Origin: an uncultured Chlamydiales bacterium | Lineage (GTDB): Bacteria > Chlamydiota > Chlamydiia > Chlamydiales > Rhabdochlamydiaceae | Assembly (NCBI GenBank): GCA_963700985.1 | Contig: OY969554.1 | Span: 416,001-480,000, forward strand | Direction: 5' to 3' | DNA length: 64,000 nt | Shown: piece by piece, positions 9,280 through 20,259 of the stretch | How positions within the stretch are numbered: the first letter of the stretch is position 1 | Layout of the letters: each line of letters starts with the position of its first letter | Notes under the pieces: model-generated | The model's database searches: none | What the model saw: only the letters and a program-made list of their open reading frames with translations | What the model was told of the DNA's origin: nothing | Translations under genes and position numbers: made by a program

Positions 9280-11172
9280 TTAAAACCAAGCTTTGGGCAG
9301 ATGGGGTTTTAGTGAGTGCAACACATCCACTAAAAGAGGCATAAATTTATCAAATTTGTGATCTTCAATCGTGCTATTAAGGTCTAACATATCGAAGAGC
9401 TCTTTTTTGGTTTCTTTAGAAAGGCGAGCGAAAACAGCGTGCACCAAAGGCGCAGATTCTTGAAAGAAATAGTCGATTAAGATCGCTTTTTGATTTTGGG
9501 TGGAAACATCCTGTGAGAATCTCTGTCCTGACTGCTTTAAAAACATGAGTTTGGGAAAGTCTGGCGTGTCAGAAGGTATGCGTATCTGAGTCCCCATTAT
9601 ATTGAGTTCCATCAGTGGAAGCGTTTGCAGATTTTTAAGTGTAGCGTCAGTAAGCCTTGCACAACCGTTTAGATCTAGAGTGTGAATCTCTGAAAAGAGT
9701 TTAAGAAGCCCCTCAAGAGCGCTATCATCAATATTCGTTCCTGAGCAGGTGAGAGTTTTCACATTCTCTCTATTTTCTGCTAAATGCCCTAGCACAAAGT
9801 GGGAAGCGCTAAAGCCACGAGGAAAAACGCCATGAGGAAAAACACCATGAGGAAAAACATTGGGTGCTCTCAAAAATAGCTGATGAAAATTGTTTCTAAA
9901 CGTTTGAATAGCAGTATACGACAGTTTGCTCGCTTTTTTTTGGGAGAGTAACTCACTAAAGAATGCGTTATAAAGTTCCTTGGGCTCTGCAATTTCATCC
10001 GCTCCGAAAAAAGACATAACAACACTGTGACTGTCTTTGTCATTGAATTTTAAGTTTTGCAAGAATTTTACAAGCTCGTCCTCAGTAGGAGGGTTTTTTA
10101 CAGGCTCTCTGAGCAGCATAGGTTCAGTCTTTTTAAATAGGGCTTTTTGCAGGGTACGAAGCGTTGCAACCTGTACTTCATCCTTATAGCCAGCTTGAGC
10201 AAGTAGCTCAAAGCTAACTTTGCGTATCAAGCACCAGATTTTTAATGGCACGAGAAATTTTTCATAAGGACTAGGGGTTTGGCAGTCGGTACTGCAAGCA
10301 CGGATTCCGAGTTTTGTAAGCCGAGGTAGTGTTTCTAAAAGGCTAAGCTCCTCTGCTTCTTGATTTGTCATGCTTGAAGCTTTATTCCACGAATCAATTT
10401 TGCATAGCTCAAGGGAGAAGCTCAGCTCGGTTAGGTTTGACAGATGTGATAACACAGCGATATGTCTGGGAATTGCCTTGAGATATCCCAAAGCCAAAGA
10501 TGAGAGTTGTGGCAAGCTAGCCAGTGGCGAGAGATCTAGAAATTTCCCTCCAGATAGGTTTAGTTTTCTAAGCGTTTTGGCACACAGTTGAGCCACAAGC
10601 TTAAGTTCTTTGTCTTCGGCGTATTCAATGGTGATTGAAGGCAGATGTTTAAACGCATATAAAACAGCATCAGCTGCTTTTTCGGATTCAGGCGTTCGCC
10701 TCCAAGTATATTTGTTGGGCACATATTGATAAGAGACTGATAGGTGCTGCAGATTTTTTAGTTTAGTTGCCATTTCTAAAGGCGTAGGTGTCTCACCGCA
10801 GAATGTTTGATAGTCTTCAATGCATGTTTGCAAGCTCGAGACAAACTCAAGCTTATGTTTAAAAGAGAGCTGCATATCGAGTAGATGCCTGGCTTCTTTT
10901 TTGCTGAGGCCTTTTTGGACTTCAAAAAAGGAGATGACGAGATCGAAAATTTTTCGACAGGTGGGTATTTCAGCAACTTCGCCTAAAAATACAGCTACCT
11001 CATCGGAGATAAGCGCAGCTCTTTGCTCTTTTGTTCTATCGCTTCTATCGCTTCTATCTGCGAGCTGCTCCTTAGTTCTTTCCAGAGCTTGAGCTGTATG
11101 AGGTAAGGAAGCTGAACAGAGCGAAGTTGCAGAGAAGGGTTCGGTTAATCCAACGGAAGTAAGAGAAGTCAT
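9280..11172 (-). CDS. Leucine-rich repeat protein, candidate effector
   Basis: LRRs (LRKLNLSG, LSSLALGY, IHTLDLNGCARLTDATL); Ser/Thr-rich N-terminus; AT-rich upstream region. Confidence 0.65.
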   Translation of the reverse strand: MTSLTSVGLTEPFSATSLCSASLPHTAQALERTKEQLADRSDRSDRTKEQRAALISDEVAVFLGEVAEIPTCRKIFDLVISFFEVQKGLSKKEARHLLDMQLSFKHKLEFVSSLQTCIEDYQTFCGETPTPLEMATKLKNLQHLSVSYQYVPNKYTWRRTPESEKAADAVLYAFKHLPSITIEYAEDKELKLVAQLCAKTLRKLNLSGGKFLDLSPLASLPQLSSLALGYLKAIPRHIAVLSHLSNLTELSFSLELCKIDSWNKASSMTNQEAEELSLLETLPRLTKLGIRACSTDCQTPSPYEKFLVPLKIWCLIRKVSFELLAQAGYKDEVQVATLRTLQKALFKKTEPMLLREPVKNPPTEDELVKFLQNLKFNDKDSHSVVMSFFGADEIAEPKELYNAFFSELLSQKKASKLSYTAIQTFRNNFHQLFLRAPNVFPHGVFPHGVFPRGFSASHFVLGHLAENRENVKTLTCSGTNIDDSALEGLLKLFSEIHTLDLNGCARLTDATLKNLQTLPLMELNIMGTQIRIPSDTPDFPKLMFLKQSGQRFSQDVSTQNQKAILIDYFFQESAPLVHAVFARLSKETKKELFDMLDLNSTIEDHKFDKFMPLLVDVLHSLKPHLPKAWF

Positions 11173-11405
11173 AAATGCCTTAATTATAAAAATTTAATAT
11201 AAAGATTATAATCTATTGTTGTGTTATTGGTAAATAATGAATAAAATTATAATTTATAAATTTTTTTATGCAGAGTAGGCCCTATTTGCGTTACCACAAA
11301 CTCATAAATTTATATTTTAAGTGTGACATTATAAAATCAGACCTAGCATCTGGCAAATAAAGAAAAAGTTCTCTATAATTTTGTCTTTTTGAAAATGAAG
11401 GGATT

Positions 11406-12785
11406 ATGCTGCTAAATTCTGGAAATAAGATTCACTTTACAAGCTTGGGCTGTGCCCGCAATTTAGTCGATACCGAAGTCATGATCGGGATTCTGCTTCA
11501 AGCTGGATATGAAGTAGCGACTTCGTCTCAAGAAGCGGATTTTCTGGTGGTTAACACCTGCGGCTTTTTGGCCGCCTCTCGCGAAGAATCGTTAAATGCC
11601 ATTGGACAGCTTTTCGATGAGAAGAAGGCATCCGCCAAAGTAATCGTGGCGGGCTGCATGGTTCAAAAGCATAAAGACGAAATCAAAGATCGATTTTCAG
11701 ATGTGCACTACTTCATCGGTTCTGGCGATATGGAAAAGGTGATCGATGCTGTCCGAGCAGCTTCACCCGGTGATGCGGTAACTTCTGCACGCAGCTTTCT
11801 GCAGTGGGGAGAAGTTCCACGTGTTACATCTACGCCAAAGCACTACGCCTATTTAAAGATCGCAGAAGGGTGTGCCAAGCGTTGCGCTTTCTGCATCATC
11901 CCTACCATTAAAGGCCCGCTGCGCAGCAAAAGCGTTGAGCAGGTGATGAAAGAGTTTCATGCGCTGCTAAATCAAGGCGCACATGAAGTGATTTTAATCG
12001 CACAAGATCTCGGCGACTTTGGCAAGGAGCGCAAAGAAGTGGGCGCGCTTGAAAATCTTCTGCGTGAGATGCTTCAAGTTAAGAAAGATTTTTGGTTGCG
12101 GTTGCTCTATCTTTATCCAGATGAAATTAGCGACGAGCTGATCGCCCTTATCAAATCAGACACACGCATCTGCCCTTATCTCGATATGCCTATTCAGCAT
12201 ATCAATGACACCATGTTAAAAGCGATGCGCCGCAAAACTTCGCGTGCACAAATCATCGACACGATTGGGAAGCTTCGCGCGCAGGTGCCAGATATCACTA
12301 TCCGAACGAGTTTGATGGTGGGCTTTCCTGGTGAAACAGAAGAGCAATTTGAAGAGCTGGTAGATTTTGTGAAGCTGCATCCGCTAGACAACGTGGGGAT
12401 CTTTAAATTCTCGGCTGAAGCGGGCGCACATGCATCGAAACTACCTGATCAGATTCCAGATGATGTAAAAGAAGCGCGCTATGTACGTCTTGCCAATGCA
12501 CAGATGGAAGTAGTGGAGCAGCGCACAGATCGCTTTATCGGTAAGCGTCTTAAGGTGATGGTAGAAGGTTACCATCCTGAATCTGAGCTGTTGATGCGCG
12601 GACGTTTCAATGGTCAATGCCCAGAAATCGATGGACAAGTGATTATCAACGATGGCCGAAAAGTAACGGCCTTTGGACAGCTTTATGAAGTGGAGATCAC
12701 TGATGTTGCCGGATACGATTTAATCGGCCGTGTGATCAAAGCTTGCTCAACGCCTGTGCCTGAGAAGAAGTTGGCGCTTGTATGA
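11406..12785 (+). CDS. rimO: Ribosomal protein S12 methylthiotransferase
   Basis: SLGCARNLVDTE, NTCGF, radical SAM AYLKIAEGCAKRCAFCIIP, C-terminal PEIDG TRAM domain. Confidence 0.93.
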   Translation: MLLNSGNKIHFTSLGCARNLVDTEVMIGILLQAGYEVATSSQEADFLVVNTCGFLAASREESLNAIGQLFDEKKASAKVIVAGCMVQKHKDEIKDRFSDVHYFIGSGDMEKVIDAVRAASPGDAVTSARSFLQWGEVPRVTSTPKHYAYLKIAEGCAKRCAFCIIPTIKGPLRSKSVEQVMKEFHALLNQGAHEVILIAQDLGDFGKERKEVGALENLLREMLQVKKDFWLRLLYLYPDEISDELIALIKSDTRICPYLDMPIQHINDTMLKAMRRKTSRAQIIDTIGKLRAQVPDITIRTSLMVGFPGETEEQFEELVDFVKLHPLDNVGIFKFSAEAGAHASKLPDQIPDDVKEARYVRLANAQMEVVEQRTDRFIGKRLKVMVEGYHPESELLMRGRFNGQCPEIDGQVIINDGRKVTAFGQLYEVEITDVAGYDLIGRVIKACSTPVPEKKLALV

Positions 12786-13960
12786 TCGACACAAAACGTG
12801 CAGCTGTTTTAAAGCCGGGCAAAGAGCGTGCGCTTATGCAAAGGCACCCCTGGATTTTTTCTGGGGCGATCGCTTCGCTACCTCAAATCGACCCAGGTGA
12901 AGTATTGCCGGTGCTTAGCTCTTCCGGTCAATTTCTAGCACACGCTTACTTCCATCCCGACAATTCTCTATCTGGACGCGTGATCACTTTTGAAGATGAA
13001 CCTGCTGAAATCGCTGTGCGCAGGTTACTGCACGAAGCGCATGCCTTGCGAAAAGCCCACTTTCATCCTGAAATTTCTAATGCCTTCCGACTAATCAATG
13101 CTGAAGGCGATGGCCTTCCTGGGCTCATCGTCGATTGTTACAGTGATGTAGTTGTTATCCAAGTTAATACCTGCGGCATGGAAAGGTTGAAGCCGCTGAT
13201 TGTGGAAACCATTAAAGAGCTCATCCACCCTAAAAGCATTTATGAAAAATCTCTTTCGGGTGCAAGGCGCTTGGAAGGGTTAGATGACTCTCAAGGCCTA
13301 CTTTTTGGCGAGCCTGTGCAAGAAGTAGAAATTGTAGAGAGGGGAGTGCGCTTTATTGTTTCAATCGCAGAAGGTCAAAAGACCGGCTTTTTCCTCGACC
13401 AACGCGAGATGCGCGCGCAAGTAATGCGTTTTAGTGCAAATAAACGCGTGCTAAACTGCTTCTCCTATACAGGTGGTTTTGCGCTCTTTGCTCTGAAAGG
13501 TGGAGCTTCGCATGTCGAGAGCTTAGATAGCTCTGCTTCTGCACTCGCCATTGCGCAAAGAAATACGCAGCTTAACGGATATTCTTCTAGTCAGCATAGC
13601 TTAGTCCAAGAGGACGCATTCGCATACCTTAAGCGCTCTTCGATGGATTTTGATCTGGTGATTTTAGATCCCCCGGCTTTTGCTAAAAAGCGCAGCGATG
13701 TGGATGCCGCATGTAAAGGCTACAAGGAGATCAATCGTCTCGTTCTGGAAAAATTACCTCCGAAAACTTGCTTGCTCACGGCTTCATGTTCACACTATAT
13801 CAGTGATGAGCTCTTCCAAAATCTGCTCTTTCAATCTGCCTATGAAGCGCATCGCCGTGTGAAGATTCTATCTCGTCATGCCCAAGCGCTCGATCATCCC
13901 ATCTCTCTCTATCATCCCGAAGGCAGCTACCTCAAAAGCCTCTTCCTCTTTGTTGAATAA
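12782..13960 (+). CDS. rlmI: 23S rRNA m5C1962 methyltransferase family
   Basis: HPWIFSG PUA domain, EGDGLPGLIVD, GQKTGFFLDQR, LDPPAF, YLK. Confidence 0.88.
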   Translation: MIDTKRAAVLKPGKERALMQRHPWIFSGAIASLPQIDPGEVLPVLSSSGQFLAHAYFHPDNSLSGRVITFEDEPAEIAVRRLLHEAHALRKAHFHPEISNAFRLINAEGDGLPGLIVDCYSDVVVIQVNTCGMERLKPLIVETIKELIHPKSIYEKSLSGARRLEGLDDSQGLLFGEPVQEVEIVERGVRFIVSIAEGQKTGFFLDQREMRAQVMRFSANKRVLNCFSYTGGFALFALKGGASHVESLDSSASALAIAQRNTQLNGYSSSQHSLVQEDAFAYLKRSSMDFDLVILDPPAFAKKRSDVDAACKGYKEINRLVLEKLPPKTCLLTASCSHYISDELFQNLLFQSAYEAHRRVKILSRHAQALDHPISLYHPEGSYLKSLFLFVE

Positions 13961-13986
13961 GCAGCAACTTTTTCGTAAATATTTGA

Positions 13987-14017
13987 ACAGGATCTGTTTC
14001 GCTAGCAGGATCCTGTT
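13987..14017. repeat. Short ACAGGAT-family palindromic repeat remnant
   Basis: AACAGGATCTGTTTCGCTAGCAGGATCCTGTT; left part nearly matches 35777 (AACAGGATCCGCTTCGCTAGCAAGATC). Confidence 0.55.
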
Positions 14018-14062
14018 ATTTCCAAATACAAATGCTCTTCCGGAAGAAATTTATCTGCAGAA

Positions 14063-14108
14063 TATCTGCATTTTATCGGCATAAGGTTATGCCGATAAAA
14101 TGCAGATA
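14063..14108. repeat. Perfect 22-bp inverted repeat with 2-nt spacer
   Basis: TATCTGCATTTTATCGGCATAA-GG-TTATGCCGATAAAATGCAGATA between rlmI and the GNAT gene. Confidence 0.8.
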
Positions 14109-14213
14109 AATCTCTTTGCTCTAGCAAATCTTTGTAGATGAGATGTTTATGCTGTCGGTTAGTCGCTGGCTTTTTTTCAGAGCAAAAAATCGAATTTGTG
14201 ATAGTTTGCAGAA

Positions 14214-14648
14214 GTGATAAAATTTCGCTTTATTACTCCTGCTGACCCAGAATACCCTCACGAGCTCATGCTGCGTTGGGAGGTGCTCTTAAAACCTTTG
14301 GGCTTACCGCCTGGGAAAGAGCAAACTTCCGAAGAGACTGAGAGCTTGCATCTGATTGCTTTGGAGAAAAAAAAGATGATCGGCTGCGTGCTCTTTTGCC
14401 CAGAAGGAGACGTCCGCGGAAGATTGCACCAACTAGCGTTAAGCGAAGAGTATCACGGCCAAGGTTTCGGGCGAAAAATGATCTCAACTCTTGAGCAAGC
14501 ATTAATCACAAAAGGCTTTAAAGAGGTCTATTTGCTTGCACCGGCTGAAAATGTGGGTTTCTATGCGCAAATGGGTTACGAAAGCGAGGGTGATCTTCGC
14601 AGTGAAAAAGGCACTTTCTGGCAACCCATGAAGAAAAATTTAGGATAA
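14214..14648 (+). CDS. GNAT family N-acetyltransferase
   Basis: LRWEVL, QLALSEEYHGQGFGR acetyl-CoA motif, FYAQMGY. Confidence 0.85.
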   Translation: MIKFRFITPADPEYPHELMLRWEVLLKPLGLPPGKEQTSEETESLHLIALEKKKMIGCVLFCPEGDVRGRLHQLALSEEYHGQGFGRKMISTLEQALITKGFKEVYLLAPAENVGFYAQMGYESEGDLRSEKGTFWQPMKKNLG

Positions 14649-14654
14649 TATTTA

Positions 14655-16022
14655 ATGGATTTACATTTACATACCCGTGAAAAGCTCTCTACATATGGCT
14701 TACTTACTGTCTTGGTTGTAGCTTTTGGAGCCTTTTTATTTGGCTATAACTGCTCGGTTATTTCAGGGGCCTTAGGCTTCTTGGAACAAACATTTTCTCT
14801 CGGTCCATTCCAAGCAGGCATGGTGGTTAGCTTTCTGCTTTTAGGTGCAGGCCTGGGAAGTCTTTTTGGAGGATTACTTTGCGATCGTTTTGGCCGCAAA
14901 CGCACGATTATCATCACTGCGCTAGTCTTTACGCTCGGTGCAGCGCTTGTGGCTACTGCAGCCAACTTAGAGATGATTCTCTTTGGCAGATTTTTGACAG
15001 GACTTGGCGTCGGATTCGTCTTTCTGGTTGGCCCGCTTTATCTCGCAGAGATTGCGCCTCCGCATTTGCGTGGTTCGATTGTGGCCGTATTCCAGCTCAT
15101 CGGCGTCATCGGGATACTAATGGGGTATGTGATAAACTATCTATTTTTCGATGCAGGTAATTGGCGCGCCATGTTTGCCGTCAGTATGATCCCGTCCAGC
15201 ATAATCATGTTTGCCATGTGTGCGTTTCCTGAAACTCCGGAGTGGCTTCTTGCTCATGGAAAAATTGAAAAAGCCAAGCACGTTTTACAGCGTATTCGCC
15301 AAGATAAACTTTGGGAGTCACATCTAGGTGAAATGAAAAAAAGTGCATCACCCGCAAACGATGCTTCATGGCATCGCCTACTTCAACCCTCGGTTAAATT
15401 TGCGCTCTTTATTGGTATCATGCTCAATGTGTTTCAACAGATCGTGGGGATCAATGCTGTGATCTACTTCGCTCCAAAGATTTTTGGTGAAGCTGGGTTT
15501 GGTTCCGGTTCGGCTTCGATCGTTCCCACACTCGGCATCGGGCTCATTAACGTTTTGATGACTTTTGTAGCGCTGCAACTTCTCGATCGAGTGGGTAGAC
15601 GTCCGCTTCTACTTACCGGCGTTATTGGCATAGTTGTGAGTCTTTTACTTTTCACTGTGACTTTCTTTTTAGATGTTCCAGCCAAAGGCATAATCGCAGT
15701 GATCACCTTGATAAGTTATGTCGGTTTTTTTGCTTTGAGTTTGGGGCCCATTCCCGGGCTAATCGTAGCAGAAATCTATCCGCTTTCTGTCCGTGGAAGA
15801 GCCATGAGTTTGGCTCTGGCCGCCAACTGGATTTTTAATTTTTTAGTCGCACAAACCTTCCTTCCGCTGGTTGCAATTCTGAAAGTCGAAGGTGTCTTTT
15901 TACTCTTTGCTATAATCTCAATTTTTGCTTTTTTCTTTATTAAACGCTTTGTGCCAGAAACAAAGGGAAAAAGCCTTGAGCAGATCGAATTGAGCATGGC
16001 TGCACTTAAGATGAAAAAATAA
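14655..16022 (+). CDS. MFS sugar porter family transporter
   Basis: [35 protein letters not shown]; about 12 TM segments. Confidence 0.92.
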   Translation: MDLHLHTREKLSTYGLLTVLVVAFGAFLFGYNCSVISGALGFLEQTFSLGPFQAGMVVSFLLLGAGLGSLFGGLLCDRFGRKRTIIITALVFTLGAALVATAANLEMILFGRFLTGLGVGFVFLVGPLYLAEIAPPHLRGSIVAVFQLIGVIGILMGYVINYLFFDAGNWRAMFAVSMIPSSIIMFAMCAFPETPEWLLAHGKIEKAKHVLQRIRQDKLWESHLGEMKKSASPANDASWHRLLQPSVKFALFIGIMLNVFQQIVGINAVIYFAPKIFGEAGFGSGSASIVPTLGIGLINVLMTFVALQLLDRVGRRPLLLTGVIGIVVSLLLFTVTFFLDVPAKGIIAVITLISYVGFFALSLGPIPGLIVAEIYPLSVRGRAMSLALAANWIFNFLVAQTFLPLVAILKVEGVFLLFAIISIFAFFFIKRFVPETKGKSLEQIELSMAALKMKK

Positions 16023-16035
16023 AGGAGATAGATTT

Positions 16036-17091
16036 ATGTCTGATTCGAAAATTCGTTCTCTACTCGGAAATAAAGCCGATCTTCTACTCAATCACGTTTG
16101 CAAAACTGTCCCGAAAGAAAAACTCCATATTCCTGGTGCAGATTGGGTCGATCGCATTTTTTCGCCTTCCGATCGCAACATTCGTGTGCTAAGAAGCCTC
16201 CAGACACTGTTCAATCACGGAAGACTAGGTGGCACAGGCTATATGTCTATTCTGCCCGTCGATCAAGGGATTGAACACTCAGCCGGTGCTTCCTTTGCGC
16301 CCAATCCTGAATACTTCGACCCAGAAAATATTGTTAAATTAGCCATCGAAGGCAATTGCAATGCCGTAGCTACCACCTTAGGTGTGCTAGGTTCTGTAGC
16401 GCGCAAATATGCGCATAAGATTCCTTTTATGCTTAAGCTTAATCATAACGAGTTTTTAACTTACCCAAACAAGTATGACCAGATCATGTTTGCCTCAGTT
16501 GAGCAAGCATATGAGATGGGCTGCGTTGCCGTTGGCGCCACGATCTATTTCGGCTCTGCTGAAAGCGATCGCCAGATCGTCGAAGTCAGCCAAGCATTTG
16601 CGCATGCGCACGAACTCGGTATGGCCACTGTTCTCTGGTGCTATTTGCGTAACGAGGCATTTAAAACTCCAATTGCTGATTACCATTTTGCAGCCGACTT
16701 AACCGGTCAGGCGAACCATTTGGGAGCTACCATCGGGGCTGACATCGTTAAACAGAAGCTGCCTATCAACAATGGCGGTTTTAAAGCCCTCAAATTTGGC
16801 AAGCAGACCGCTGATATGTATACCAAACTCTGCACCGACCATCCTATCGATCTCTGCCGCTATCAAGTGATTAATGGGTACATGGGACGCATCGGCCTAA
16901 TCAACTCCGGTGGTGCCTCGGGTGAAAATGACCTGGGTCAAGCCGTTGAAACAGCCGTCATCAACAAGCGCGCAGGCGGCATCGGTCTCATCACGGGCCG
17001 CAAAGCCTTCCAGAAGCCCATGAAAGAGGGCGTAGAGCTCCTCCATGCTGTGCAAGACGTCTACCTCAGCAAAGAGATCACGATCGCCTAA
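16036..17091 (+). CDS. fbaB: Class I fructose-bisphosphate aldolase (DhnA type)
   Basis: [47 protein letters not shown]. Confidence 0.93.
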   Translation: MSDSKIRSLLGNKADLLLNHVCKTVPKEKLHIPGADWVDRIFSPSDRNIRVLRSLQTLFNHGRLGGTGYMSILPVDQGIEHSAGASFAPNPEYFDPENIVKLAIEGNCNAVATTLGVLGSVARKYAHKIPFMLKLNHNEFLTYPNKYDQIMFASVEQAYEMGCVAVGATIYFGSAESDRQIVEVSQAFAHAHELGMATVLWCYLRNEAFKTPIADYHFAADLTGQANHLGATIGADIVKQKLPINNGGFKALKFGKQTADMYTKLCTDHPIDLCRYQVINGYMGRIGLINSGGASGENDLGQAVETAVINKRAGGIGLITGRKAFQKPMKEGVELLHAVQDVYLSKEITIA

Positions 17092-17126
17092 ACTAGCTTT
17101 GATTAGACTCTCTTCTCAGAAGAGCT

Positions 17127-17450
17127 TTACTCAGTGCTGAGATAGCGATCGGCAATAAGACGGGTGTGCCTTCCATTCCCATCTTTGAAAGGATGAATGG
17201 CAACAAGACGGTGATGAATACGAGCGGCTTGCTCCAGGATAGTGAGATCAATTGGCTCAGAATTCCAATTAGCAACTTCCTGGCATAGTTCTTCAAGTTG
17301 TAGTCTGATGAGAAAAGGCTTAACTCCGATATTTGTCTCTTCTTGTCGTAACTTACCTACCCATTCCCAGACTGGCGATAACATATCACGATGTACCTTC
17401 AAGAGAAAAGGAACGTTAAACCATCGTGTCGGGGATGAAACAACAGGCAA
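17127..17450 (-). pseudogene. Fic-domain (mobile mystery protein B-like) fragment
   Basis: HPFKDGNGRHTR Fic motif and VWEWVGKLRQEETNIG, but N- and C-terminal parts are missing. Confidence 0.65.
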
Positions 17451-17781
17451 GAGATTCGATTACCTCGCCCAAGTCTTGACCTGCAATTTTGCTTTGAATT
17501 TGATAGTTCAGTGGAATCTCGTTTTTGCTGAAATTTTCCACCAAAATGTCCGGCACTTTAATGCCTAAAGCCTTGAATTTAGGGATGTGATCATGAGAAC
17601 CCATCAAGAATCTATCAAAAGGGCTGAGGCGGACAATGACTTCCCTATCTTTTAAGCCCACTTCATATACTTCATTGCAAATGCCGATAACGATTCGCCT
17701 GATGAATTTTGGCAATTGCATAAACTGAGAGGCAATAATCGTCTCTATCATTTGTTCATGAGATTGCTCCAAAATTCCCAT
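17416..17781 (-). pseudogene. Aminoglycoside phosphotransferase-like (APH) N-terminal fragment
   Basis: GICNEVYEV, VIVRL, GIKVPDIL, IAGQDL N-lobe only; no catalytic HxDxxxxN C-lobe. Confidence 0.55.
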
Positions 17782-17804
17782 CCTCTTATTTGAGCTTTTA
17801 TGTT

Positions 17805-18524
17805 TTAGGGAATTGTAAGGATAGTTCCTGTGCCGATCTTGAAGTAGTTGTCTTGATAGGCTTCTTGGAATTGGAGCAGGGCCTGGTCGCCTGAGCAGTG
17901 GCAGGGAGCAACTTTTTCAACCTTTAAGGCGCGAAATTGCTCAACTGTTTCATTTAAGTTCTTTTGGCTTTCGCGAAAGAGGTGAAAGCCGCCAAGGACG
18001 CAATGGATAGGGCCCGGGAGCTGCTTTTGCGTGGCTTTGATAATGTCTACAATTCCAGGGTGTGCACAACCGGTAATGATGACAATTCCTTTAGTTGTTT
18101 TAAGAAGGAGGGCTTGCTCATGGAGCATGAATCCACCTCTGAGCACCAGCGAGAAAATCGTTTCATCGATCTGGGTGAAGCCTTTAACCACGTTAAGTTT
18201 TAAGTGTGTAGGTGTTTGCTTTAAGAGCGAATTAGGAAAGCCACGCGGTAGATAAATTTGAGTCTGGTTAGGGAGCTTTTCTAAAACCTGGGCAAAGCCT
18301 TTGGTGTGATCCCAATGTTTGTGTGAAAAGAAAAGATGCGTGAGTTCTTCGCATTGAATTCCGAGTTTCTCAGTATTAGATACAAAAGCGTCGTGATCTC
18401 CCCCGGTATCAAAAAGGATCTTTTGGTCCTTTTGTTCGATTAGAGCGGAAAATCCCCAGCCCTCTTTGAGATCGCAGTTATGTTTGCGATTGTCATAGAT
18501 GATGGTGATCTTCGTTAAAGACAT
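17805..18524 (-). CDS. MBL-fold metallo-hydrolase
   Basis: WGFSALI, LFDTG, SHKHWDH, TGCAHPG, GGFHL, PCHCSG. Confidence 0.88.
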   Translation of the reverse strand: MSLTKITIIYDNRKHNCDLKEGWGFSALIEQKDQKILFDTGGDHDAFVSNTEKLGIQCEELTHLFFSHKHWDHTKGFAQVLEKLPNQTQIYLPRGFPNSLLKQTPTHLKLNVVKGFTQIDETIFSLVLRGGFMLHEQALLLKTTKGIVIITGCAHPGIVDIIKATQKQLPGPIHCVLGGFHLFRESQKNLNETVEQFRALKVEKVAPCHCSGDQALLQFQEAYQDNYFKIGTGTILTIP

Positions 18525-19555
18525 CGCTTTAGCTCGGAGATAAATTGTTCGATGAATTCAGGTTGCGTATCCCAGGTGGTCATCCAGCGCGCAATTGATT
18601 GTTCTGCATCCCAGATCCAGAAGAAGCATTTCTCTTGCAGTTTATGAAGTGCATGAGGAGGGAGTTGCACAAAAAGCGCGTTGGCTTCAACAGGGTAGAG
18701 AATGCGCAGCTGAGGAAAGTCGCACCGCAGCTTCTCTTCGAGCAACTTTGCCATGGCATTCGAATGGCGCGCGTTGCGCAGCCAGAGATCGCCTTCTAAA
18801 AGGGCGATGAATTGTGCAGAAAGAAAACGCATCTTGGAAGCGAGCTGCATGTTCTGCTTGCGCACATATTCGAAGTCTTTTGCCAAGCCAGGCTTTAGAA
18901 AGACAATCGCCTCTGCTCCCATGAGGCCATTTTTTGTGCCTCCAAACGAGAGGATATCTACACCCACATCCGTAGTGAGCGCCTTTAAAGAGATGTTTAG
19001 AGCGGCGGCGGCATTGCTAATTCGGGCGCCGTCCATCAGAAACAGTAGGCCATTTTCTTTGGCGAACTTAGAGATCTGCTTTAGCTCGTCTAACGTATAA
19101 ACGGTTCCCAGTTCTGTTGATTGCGTAATCGAGATAGCTGCAGGCTGAACATGGTGCTGATTGCCGCGGTGATGCAAAAAGGGGCGCAGTTTTTCTAGAT
19201 CTAATTTTCCTTCTTTGCTGGTTAGTGGGATCAAGCTGCAGCCAGTAATCGATTGAGCTGAGCCACACTCATCTGTCCAAATATGTGCATTCTCAGGGCA
19301 GAGGACGGATTGCCATGAAGAAAGCGCATGTTTTAAAGTGCATACATTTGCTGCGGTGCCATTCATTACAATAAAGGCCTCGGCCGTAGGCCCAAAAACG
19401 TGCTTAAAGAGCTCCTCAGCGCGTTTGGTCCATGGATCGCTACCATATGCCATAGCATGGCCTACATTGGCCTGCTGAATGGCTGTTAGAACTTCAGGGT
19501 GGATGCCAGAGAAGTTGTCGCTGGCAAAAGAATTAAAAACAGGAATATCTTTCAT
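18515..19555 (-). CDS. ltaE: Low-specificity L-threonine aldolase
   Basis: FASDN, NGTAAN, TQSTELGTVY, MDGAR, SFGGTKNG (PLP lysine). Confidence 0.9.
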   Translation of the reverse strand: MKDIPVFNSFASDNFSGIHPEVLTAIQQANVGHAMAYGSDPWTKRAEELFKHVFGPTAEAFIVMNGTAANVCTLKHALSSWQSVLCPENAHIWTDECGSAQSITGCSLIPLTSKEGKLDLEKLRPFLHHRGNQHHVQPAAISITQSTELGTVYTLDELKQISKFAKENGLLFLMDGARISNAAAALNISLKALTTDVGVDILSFGGTKNGLMGAEAIVFLKPGLAKDFEYVRKQNMQLASKMRFLSAQFIALLEGDLWLRNARHSNAMAKLLEEKLRCDFPQLRILYPVEANALFVQLPPHALHKLQEKCFFWIWDAEQSIARWMTTWDTQPEFIEQFISELKRCL

Positions 19556-19601
19556 AGTTATTCAGACAATGTAGCGTATTTTGCAATGCGCTGTCTAGAG
19601 T

Positions 19602-19904
19602 CTAGCAAAATCGCAACTGAAGGCCCATGGCTTGAATTAGGGCAGTTAGTGTTTTTAATCCTGGATTTCCTTTCGAAGAAAGAGTTTTGTATAGACTTTC
19701 ACGTCCAAGGTGAGCTTTCTTTGCCACTTTTGCGATTCCGCCTTGAGCTTCAGCAACATCTCTTAAAGCCAGGAGAAGAAGTTCTTGTGATTCGGCATCC
19801 CCTTTTAGGCTTTCCTCTAAGGCGGCGTTAAGATATGCAACGGCGGCATCGTGGTCTTTTAAAGATTCGATTAGCCACTCTTCGTATTTTCTGCTTTTGG
19901 GCAT
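19602..19904 (-). CDS. Addiction module antidote (HigA-like HTH antitoxin)
   Basis: AYLNAALEE, LLLALRDVAEAQGG, RESLYKTLSSKGNP. Confidence 0.88.
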   Translation of the reverse strand: MPKSRKYEEWLIESLKDHDAAVAYLNAALEESLKGDAESQELLLLALRDVAEAQGGIAKVAKKAHLGRESLYKTLSSKGNPGLKTLTALIQAMGLQLRFC

Positions 19905-19905
19905 A

Positions 19906-20239
19906 TTATTTTCCTCGTCTGCTAACTTCTTGGAAGTATTCCTTCGCTATTTTAATGTCCTTTTCCTGGGAGCTTTTATTTCCCCCACAAAGCAGAAGGA
20001 TTATTCTGTGGTCAACTTTTCCATAGTATACTCTATAACCTGGCCCAAAGTTGATTCGAAGCTCGTTTACTCCGCTTCCCACAGACTTACTATCTCCTAA
20101 GTTACCCAATTTAATCCTGCGCAGGCGGACTTTGATTGCCGCCACGCCTTGATAGTCCCTTAATCTGTTGATCCAAGTCTCGAAAGGTCTTTTTCGCAGC
20201 CTGAGTTTCATAGATTTCAACTTCATATTCACTATTCAT
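19906..20239 (-). CDS. RelE/HigB-like addiction module toxin, apparent +1 frameshift near 20190-20194
   Basis: GNLGDSKSVGSGVNELRINFGPGYRVYY, LLCGGNKSSQ. A family-like N-terminus (MNSEYEVEIYETQA) lies in another frame starting at ATG 20239. Confidence 0.8.
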
Positions 20240-20243
20240 GATT

Positions 20244-20259
20244 GTATCCTATTAGATAC
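20244..20259. promoter_or_regulatory. Palindromic operator overlapping the TA promoter
   Basis: GTATC-N6-GATAC lies within a minus-strand TTGAAT-N17-TACAAT promoter-like sequence just upstream of the toxin. Confidence 0.5.

Noticed and set aside
20186-20198. Programmed -1 frameshift at G AAA AAG in the toxin
   Set aside because: The shift needed to join the frames is +1, not -1.
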